Virus record (IMG/VR): IMGVR_UViG_3300046694_000299
Span: 11,119 to 75,118 of that record
Length of the DNA: 64,000 nucleotides
Reading direction: 5' to 3' (one strand)
Origin: a virus
The notes under the pieces are model-generated. The model saw only the letters and a program-made list of their open reading frames with translations, searched no databases and was not told where the DNA came from. Made by a program: the position numbers and the translations under genes. Below, piece after piece: positions 59,321 to 64,000 of the stretch. The first letter of the stretch is position 1; the number at the start of each line of letters is the position of its first letter.

Positions 59321-59515
59321 ATGGTCTCCGATCGAGGCGGACGCGCCGGTTTCGTGTACCGAAGCCGCTTCGCCGTGTACCGCGCCCTACGCCGCAAGGG
59401 CGCCAGCGAGTCGAAGGCGGCGAGGATCAGCAACGCCGGCCGGACGTGGCCGCAGCGATCCCGTATGGCCCGGAAAGCCTCGAAGACCCGTCAGGCCCGC
59501 GGCCGTCGGCGATAG
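59321..59515 (+). CDS. small basic protein (64 aa)
   Basis: ATG 59321 lies behind GAAGGGG. 'YRALRRKGASESKAARISNAG' resembles small KGxSKxxAARIxNA-type proteins, from memory. Confidence 0.55.
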   Translation: MVSDRGGRAGFVYRSRFAVYRALRRKGASESKAARISNAGRTWPQRSRMARKASKTRQARGRRR

Positions 59516-59566
59516 CATCCCCGAACCGCGCACGCTGGGGAGCGGGCGCCAGGCTGGGGGGTTCTG

Positions 59567-59770
59567 ATGGCTGGTGGCTGTAGAGACTGCACCACGTGTA
59601 CGAAGCCGGGCTTCGCGCGGATGGGCCAGAACCTGGGGGCCGGGTTCGCGCATCTGATGACGCTCGGGATCAGCTGGATGGTCAAGCGGGGTGCGATGTC
59701 GCACTGCCCGCAGTGCAAGCATCTGCGGTCGAACCACCGCACCCGCAGCGACGGTTCGTACATCGACTGA
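59567..59770 (+). CDS. small Cys-rich protein
   Basis: 67-aa track ORF with CRDCTTC ... HCPQCKH. Confidence 0.55.
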   Translation: MAGGCRDCTTCTKPGFARMGQNLGAGFAHLMTLGISWMVKRGAMSHCPQCKHLRSNHRTRSDGSYID

Positions 59771-59780
59771 CGGCACGACT

Positions 59781-59814
59781 AAGGGCCCGCTCCCGGGGTG
59801 GGAGGCGGACCCTT
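59781..59814. terminator. hairpin between convergent genes (10-bp stem, 1 mismatch)
   Basis: aagggcccgc / gcggaccctt. Confidence 0.45.
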
Positions 59815-59826
59815 TCGGCGTTGAGG

Positions 59827-60009
59827 TCAGCAGTAGTAGTGGTCGGACGGGTCGTCGTATTCGCCGCCCCAGTCCCGGTCTACCCAGTAATCGCGATCGG
59901 CGCGGCGGATCTCGGCGGCGGTCTCCTCGACCGGGGCGGCGGGCTTCGGGGCGGGCTCGGCGCGGGCGGCAGGGACGACGGGGACCGTGGACTGCTGGCG
60001 GGTAATCAT
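59827..60009 (-). CDS. small hypothetical protein (60 aa)
   Basis: ATG 60009 lies behind GAGGAG. Confidence 0.55.
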   Translation of the reverse strand: MITRQQSTVPVVPAARAEPAPKPAAPVEETAAEIRRADRDYWVDRDWGGEYDDPSDHYYC

Positions 60010-60019
60010 CAAGCGCTCC

Positions 60020-60187
60020 TCAGGCGAAGGTTCCGGCGTGGCGGGTGATGCGCTTCCACTGCTGCCGCTCGCTGCGCTTGACGCGCCGGCGGGCGGTCTT
60101 GCGCTGCTGGCCGGGGGGCTGGCCGCAGCAGTGGCAGTCGCGGCCTCCGGGGCCGTCAGGGCAGCGGCGGCCGATCATGCGGGGCAT
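60020..60187 (-). CDS. small basic Cys-rich protein (55 aa)
   Basis: Hand-translated MPRMIGRRCPDGPGGRDCHCCGQPPGQQRKTARRRVKRSERQQWKRITRHAGTFA. GAGGAG SD. Confidence 0.5.
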   Translation of the reverse strand: MPRMIGRRCPDGPGGRDCHCCGQPPGQQRKTARRRVKRSERQQWKRITRHAGTFA

Positions 60188-60196
60188 CGGGTCTCC

Positions 60197-60319
60197 TCAG
60201 CGGTGGGTGACGGTGACGGCGGGCTGCGGGGATACGGCGTGCACGTTGTACGGGGCGAGGATCCAGACCGCGAACAGCAGCGACAGGAGCAGGCACAGGC
60301 CGGACGTCTGAGTGCGCAT
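60197..60319 (-). CDS. micro-ORF, signal/TM peptide (40 aa)
   Basis: MRTQTSGLCLLLSLLFAVWILAPYNVHAVSPQPAVTVTHR. Its start overlaps the upstream stop. Confidence 0.4.
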   Translation of the reverse strand: MRTQTSGLCLLLSLLFAVWILAPYNVHAVSPQPAVTVTHR

Positions 60320-60549
60320 CACGGCTGGTCGCCACCGAGGCGGTCAGCGAGGGCGCGCAGGTCGCCCATCGTCAGGCCGGTGCGGACGCCGTCGCCGTAG
60401 ATGCCGTTCGTCGCCTCGACCATGAGGCGGCTCTCCGGCTCGTCGGCGTACACCTTCAACACGTGAGCCAACGCCTCCTCGGCGGTGGCGGGCGCGTCGC
60501 CGTACTGCTCCATCGCCTCACGGCGGATGCGGTCCATTGCTCCGGACAT
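60319..60549 (-). CDS. hypothetical protein
   Basis: 76-aa track ORF. Confidence 0.65.
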   Translation of the reverse strand: MSGAMDRIRREAMEQYGDAPATAEEALAHVLKVYADEPESRLMVEATNGIYGDGVRTGLTMGDLRALADRLGGDQP

Positions 60550-60570
60550 GGCTGCTACTCCTTAGGAGGG

Positions 60571-60930
60571 TCAAGCGAAGGTGGCTGCGAGGCGGGCGAC
60601 TGCGGCGCGGTACTCGGCCTTCCTGGGCGAGTACGCGGCGATCAGGGCGGGGAGCTGACGGCGCGTCCAGCGGGTGACGGTGCGGGTGATCCAGGCCCGG
60701 CCGCGCTTCACGGTCTTGCGGGTGCGGGCCACAAGAGCGGGAGTGAGGCCGATGCGCTTCGCCGCTGCTTTCATGCCGGACGCCGCGCCACCCGCGATCT
60801 CGGGGTCGACGCCGGCCGCGATGAAGTGCGTCGCGATGCTGCGGGGCCGACGCTTGCAGGAGGCGGCCAGTCGGGAGGCCGTCGAGCGGGCCTTGACGGT
60901 GGCGCGGCGGCTGCGGTTCGAGCGGATCAC
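60571..60930 (-). CDS. basic hypothetical protein (119 aa)
   Basis: GTG 60930 lies behind AAGGGGGA. Confidence 0.65.
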   Translation of the reverse strand: MIRSNRSRRATVKARSTASRLAASCKRRPRSIATHFIAAGVDPEIAGGAASGMKAAAKRIGLTPALVARTRKTVKRGRAWITRTVTRWTRRQLPALIAAYSPRKAEYRAAVARLAATFA

Positions 60931-60949
60931 GGTTCCCCCTTGGCGTTCT

Positions 60950-61021
60950 GTGTATATGCACACCCTACCCATGGTGCATATACACGGCAACCCCTATGGT
61001 GGAACTCATGCATATACACAC
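60950..61021. promoter_or_regulatory. three copies of a ~12-bp motif (TGCATATACAC): one inverted, two direct
   Basis: gtgtatatgcac 60950-60961, gtgcatatacac 60974-60985, tgcatatacacac 61009-61021. All lie between divergent genes. Confidence 0.6.
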
Positions 61022-61034
61022 CTACGATGAGCCC

Positions 61035-61271
61035 ATGGCCAAGCAGAACACCGAGAAGCACACCCCCCTCCGGCCGTTGCGCATCCCTGACGACGAGTGG
61101 GAAGCCCTCGGTAAAGCCGTCGGCGACCGCAACCGCACCCGGCTGATCCGGGAGTACATCCGCTGGCATCTGCGCTGGCCCGGCAACGCCCAACCCACCC
61201 GCGAGGCCAAGCAGGTTGGTGGCCCCGGCATCACCAAGAAGACGACCGAAGAAGAGGGCGAGAGCGCATGA
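61035..61271 (+). CDS. ribbon-helix-helix-like DNA-binding protein (78 aa)
   Basis: Trimmed to ATG 61035. 'LRPLRIPDDEWEALGKAVGDRNRTRLIREYIRW' fits the pattern. Confidence 0.65.
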   Translation: MAKQNTEKHTPLRPLRIPDDEWEALGKAVGDRNRTRLIREYIRWHLRWPGNAQPTREAKQVGGPGITKKTTEEEGESA

Positions 61272-62008
61272 CGACGTCGGCCGACATCAGGCACACCAAG
61301 CCGCGTCGCTCTCCTTGCGGGCACCGCATCTATGGCCTGAGCTGCCACGACTACGACCGTCTCATCGGCCACGCCAAGGGCTCCTGTCAGATTTGCGGGA
61401 CAGTCCCCGGCCAGACCGGACACGGCTTCCTCGTCGTCGACCACGACGACAGCGTTGGCCAGTGGGCGGTGCGCGGGCTCCTCTGCCAGGACTGCAACTC
61501 CTCTCTGCCTATGGGGTCAACGCCTGCTTGGGCTGCTGACTACCTGGCGGAGCCCTGGTGGAGTGTGGAGTTCGCAAGGCTGGGCGTCTCTCCCGATCCG
61601 GCTCCGGAGCCGCCCACCGGATCCATCGTTGCCGCGCACGGCCTGAACTTCCGCCGCGAGACAGACGGCTGGCAGCACGTCGCCAGCTTCGGCGGCACGC
61701 CACGCACCTGGGGAGAACTGAATCGCCGCTACGCTCCACACCGGATCGAGGTTCTCGCGGTACCGCAGGTGGACGACGTATCCGGGTGGCCTCGGGCCGA
61801 ACGGATCGCTTACGTACTCGCAGCCCTGCGTGCAGGGATCAAGCCTACGGAGGTAACCCGCGTGTCCGGATGGACGTATGCCACCGTGCGAAAGATGGCG
61901 CGGGATGCTGGCATCGAGCCTGACGAGCGGTACAGGGGGAGGGCCGAACGCCTCCGCAAGACGGCCACCCCGGAGCACCCGGTGAGCAGCGAGGAGAAGA
62001 GCGCGTGA
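61268..62008 (+). CDS. endonuclease VII-type HNH nuclease with C-terminal HTH-like region
   Basis: 'CQICGTVPGQTGHGFLVVDHDDSVGQWAVRGLLCQDCNSSL' fits the pattern. The C-terminus has 'KPTEVTRVSGWTYATVRKMARDAG'. Confidence 0.8.
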   Translation: MTTSADIRHTKPRRSPCGHRIYGLSCHDYDRLIGHAKGSCQICGTVPGQTGHGFLVVDHDDSVGQWAVRGLLCQDCNSSLPMGSTPAWAADYLAEPWWSVEFARLGVSPDPAPEPPTGSIVAAHGLNFRRETDGWQHVASFGGTPRTWGELNRRYAPHRIEVLAVPQVDDVSGWPRAERIAYVLAALRAGIKPTEVTRVSGWTYATVRKMARDAGIEPDERYRGRAERLRKTATPEHPVSSEEKSA

Positions 62009-62349
62009 CTGCCGGAATGATCGACTGTGCAGCGTTCACGCTGGAGGACGAAGACGACGCGGCGGCGGCCTGCAGCGCCTGCGGTCATTACGCCTGCGAG
62101 GTATGCGCGGAGACGCACGCCGTGTACGGCGGGACCGTCTGCGCCGGGTGCATCGACGTACTCGACGCGGATGACCAGGCGCACGAACGCGAACTAACCG
62201 ATGCCGCCCGCATCGGCTTTGAACGGGCTGGCGGTAGGGAAGGACTGGCCCGCGTCTGGGACCAGTGGACCACCGAAGGACACGCAACCGGCAAGCGGGC
62301 AGACGCGAGCGCGGGCCCGGTGCGCCCGGACGAGGAGACCACCACATGA
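62005..62349 (+). CDS. hypothetical Cys-rich protein
   Basis: 114-aa track ORF with a GTGA overlap. Confidence 0.65.
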   Translation: MTAGMIDCAAFTLEDEDDAAAACSACGHYACEVCAETHAVYGGTVCAGCIDVLDADDQAHERELTDAARIGFERAGGREGLARVWDQWTTEGHATGKRADASAGPVRPDEETTT

Positions 62350-62627
62350 GCGGGCCCGCCTACGAACCGCTGGAGTCCCTCCCGCCAGCTCGGAGGAAAC
62401 TTGTCGCCGCGCTCCTCGGACTCGGCGTGGAACGGGCGGACGCCGAGGAACTTCTAGAGGACTTCGAGGCTGAACTGGCCGAGTGGATCCGCGACCAGGT
62501 GGACGAGCTGGGCGCAGACCCCAATGCGTTCTCTGTCGAGTTCCGCAGTGGCGGATACTTCATGGCCAACTGCTTGGACCCACATGACGGCAGGGGCGTC
62601 CCGCCTGAGCGCGGAGGAAGAGGATGA
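62346..62627 (+). CDS. hypothetical protein (93 aa)
   Basis: ATG 62346 has an ATGA overlap. Confidence 0.65.
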   Translation: MSGPAYEPLESLPPARRKLVAALLGLGVERADAEELLEDFEAELAEWIRDQVDELGADPNAFSVEFRSGGYFMANCLDPHDGRGVPPERGGRG

Positions 62628-62917
62628 CGACGGCCCCGCCCAACCGGGCGGGGCCGCACTCGCTTTCCCCGAACCCGCCCCGTCTGCCCCGCCACCCCGG
62701 GCACACTGCGGGTATGGCGTTGCGTTTCACGGTGCAGGGTGACGACGAGGCGGAGACCGTCGAGGGCTACCAGCTGCTGCTGTCGCTGGGCCTCGCGCCC
62801 CGCATGTCGCCGAAGTGCCTCACCGACGGCCGTTGGATGGCGCGTGCCGTCCCCGCCCGCACGACGAAGGCCCCGACCGCCGAGGATGGCGGCCGGGGCC
62901 CTGGCGTTTCCGGCTGA
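62624..62917 (+). CDS. hypothetical protein; start 62624 or 62714
   Basis: An ATGA overlap favours 62624. Confidence 0.5.
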   Translation: MTTAPPNRAGPHSLSPNPPRLPRHPGHTAGMALRFTVQGDDEAETVEGYQLLLSLGLAPRMSPKCLTDGRWMARAVPARTTKAPTAEDGGRGPGVSG

Positions 62918-62920
62918 CGG

Positions 62921-63286
62921 CTAGGGCTGGTCGAGGGTGCTCTCGAGCATCTTGTTCTTGTCGAAGTTGCCGTCGTCGTCGAGCCACCCGAGATGTCCCA
63001 GGGTCGCGTTGAGGACGAGCGCGTCGTAGTCGTCGCCCTTCACGTCTCCGCAGGCGGACGGCTTGCCCTTCCCGCCAGCCTTGTACTGGGCGGCGAGCGC
63101 CTTCTGGCAGCCCTTGACGATGTCGTCGTAGGACGGCCGGCTGAGCCAGTACACCCCGCCGGCGATGGCGAGGGCGACCGCTACGGCGGCGGCGACGATC
63201 AGGTTGCGGCGCTTCTTCCCGGCGGGCTTCGGTGCGTGCGCGGGCATGGGCGGGGTGTCAGGCATCGGCGGCAGGTCGTTCGTCAT
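62921..63286 (-). CDS. membrane-anchored hypothetical protein
   Basis: 121 aa. Pro-rich N-terminus, then TM segment 'LIVAAAVAVALAIAGGVYWL'. Confidence 0.7.
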   Translation of the reverse strand: MTNDLPPMPDTPPMPAHAPKPAGKKRRNLIVAAAVAVALAIAGGVYWLSRPSYDDIVKGCQKALAAQYKAGGKGKPSACGDVKGDDYDALVLNATLGHLGWLDDDGNFDKNKMLESTLDQP

Positions 63287-63377
63287 TGGTCCCCCCAGGG
63301 ATGTGTGGAGTCGGGATGCTATCGGCGGTTGGGGCTCATCCGCGGCGGTCCGTTGAAGATTCGCCGGGTCGAGCGGA

Positions 63378-63406
63378 ACGCCCCCGACCGGATCGGCCGG
63401 GGGCGT
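63378..63406 (-). terminator. hairpin (13-bp stem, 1 mismatch, 3-nt loop)
   Basis: acgcccccgaccg gat cggccgggggcgt, downstream of the stop at 63429. Confidence 0.5.
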
Positions 63407-63428
63407 GGTCGTTCAGGCGGGCGGGGTG

Positions 63429-63734
63429 TCAGTCCCCGACCATCTCGCGGTACTCGTCCGTCATCTCATCGACGGATGCAAGGCGTTTGTCAGCGCGGCG
63501 CAGGAAGGCGTCCCGTGCGGTGCCGTCGGCCGCGCGGGCTTCGTCGAGGATGGTGGCCGCAGTCCCCACGTCTTCGTGGCCATTGATGCCGGCCATGGAG
63601 AAGCGCGCTTCGGCGGTTCCCAGCTGGTCGATGAAGCTGTCGAGGTCGGCGGCCGGGTCCTGCTCGGCGACGTAGGCGATGTCGTCGGCGTAGCGGCGGA
63701 CGATGTCGGCGGCGATGATCGTTGCGGTGGGCAT
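63429..63734 (-). CDS. hypothetical acidic protein
   Basis: 101-aa track ORF. Confidence 0.7.
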   Translation of the reverse strand: MPTATIIAADIVRRYADDIAYVAEQDPAADLDSFIDQLGTAEARFSMAGINGHEDVGTAATILDEARAADGTARDAFLRRADKRLASVDEMTDEYREMVGD

Positions 63735-63746
63735 GGGGTTCTCCTC

Positions 63747-63965
63747 CTACTGCTCGTTGTTGGTTTTGGCGAAGAGGCCAATGGTCTTGCTGCGGATCTC
63801 GCGCTGGTCGACCGGGCCGCTGTTGTGGTTGTGGATGGTGGTGGTCGCGGCGCGGGCCTTGCTGATAGCGCCGCCGATCGCGGTGGCCAGCATGGCGGCA
63901 CCGGCGAACGGTACGGCGATGGTCAGGACGCCGGCCAAAGTCACGGTTGACAGGCTGTGGATCAC
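63747..63965 (-). CDS. membrane protein, probably 5'-truncated by the window edge
   Basis: The frame stays open with good codons up to base 64000, so the true start may lie outside the window. Confidence 0.55.
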   Translation of the reverse strand: MIHSLSTVTLAGVLTIAVPFAGAAMLATAIGGAISKARAATTTIHNHNSGPVDQREIRSKTIGLFAKTNNEQ

Positions 63966-64000
63966 CGAGGACAGGCCCTTGCAGGCGAGCCAGACCGCGC

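Overview
High-GC actinobacterial (Streptomyces-like codon usage) DNA. Almost the whole window reads as one temperate siphovirus-type phage or prophage genome. I found no rRNA, tRNA or CRISPR array. Layout in window coordinates: (1) 178-18913, minus-strand early region. It holds many small unknown and Cys-rich proteins, a C5 DNA methyltransferase, a DnaB-like helicase, a replication-initiator-like protein, WhiB, a Sak4-like ATPase and a PD-(D/E)XK exonuclease. A reverse-oriented two-gene cassette sits at 9334-10077. (2) 19017-22144, lysogeny switch: xis, a cro-like HTH gene, a repressor-like HTH gene, an internally duplicated unknown gene, and a tyrosine integrase. (3) 22145-23100, mostly non-coding att-like region with repeats. 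(4) 23150-27451, a regulator-rich accessory module with XRE, GntR-like and LexA-like DNA-binding-domain-only proteins, endonuclease VII and a DUF6221-like protein. It ends in a second, Cre-like tyrosine recombinase. (5) 27577-31029, lysis cassette: C1-peptidase-like lysin, endolysin, holin, a membrane protein and a collagen-repeat protein. (6) 31223-37554, plus-strand island with two SDR epimerases, two or three glycosyltransferases and an embedded HNH-AP2 gene. (7) 37551-59171, minus-strand tail, head and packaging genes. (8) 59321-64000, small genes including an RHH protein and a second endonuclease VII-type HNH. Phage genes lie on both sides of the integrase/att region, so the genome appears unintegrated at that site. 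Gene starts were refined by hand using Shine-Dalgarno (SD) motifs, ATGA/GTGA stop-start overlaps and third-position GC. All functional calls come from motif recognition by eye. No database search was possible.
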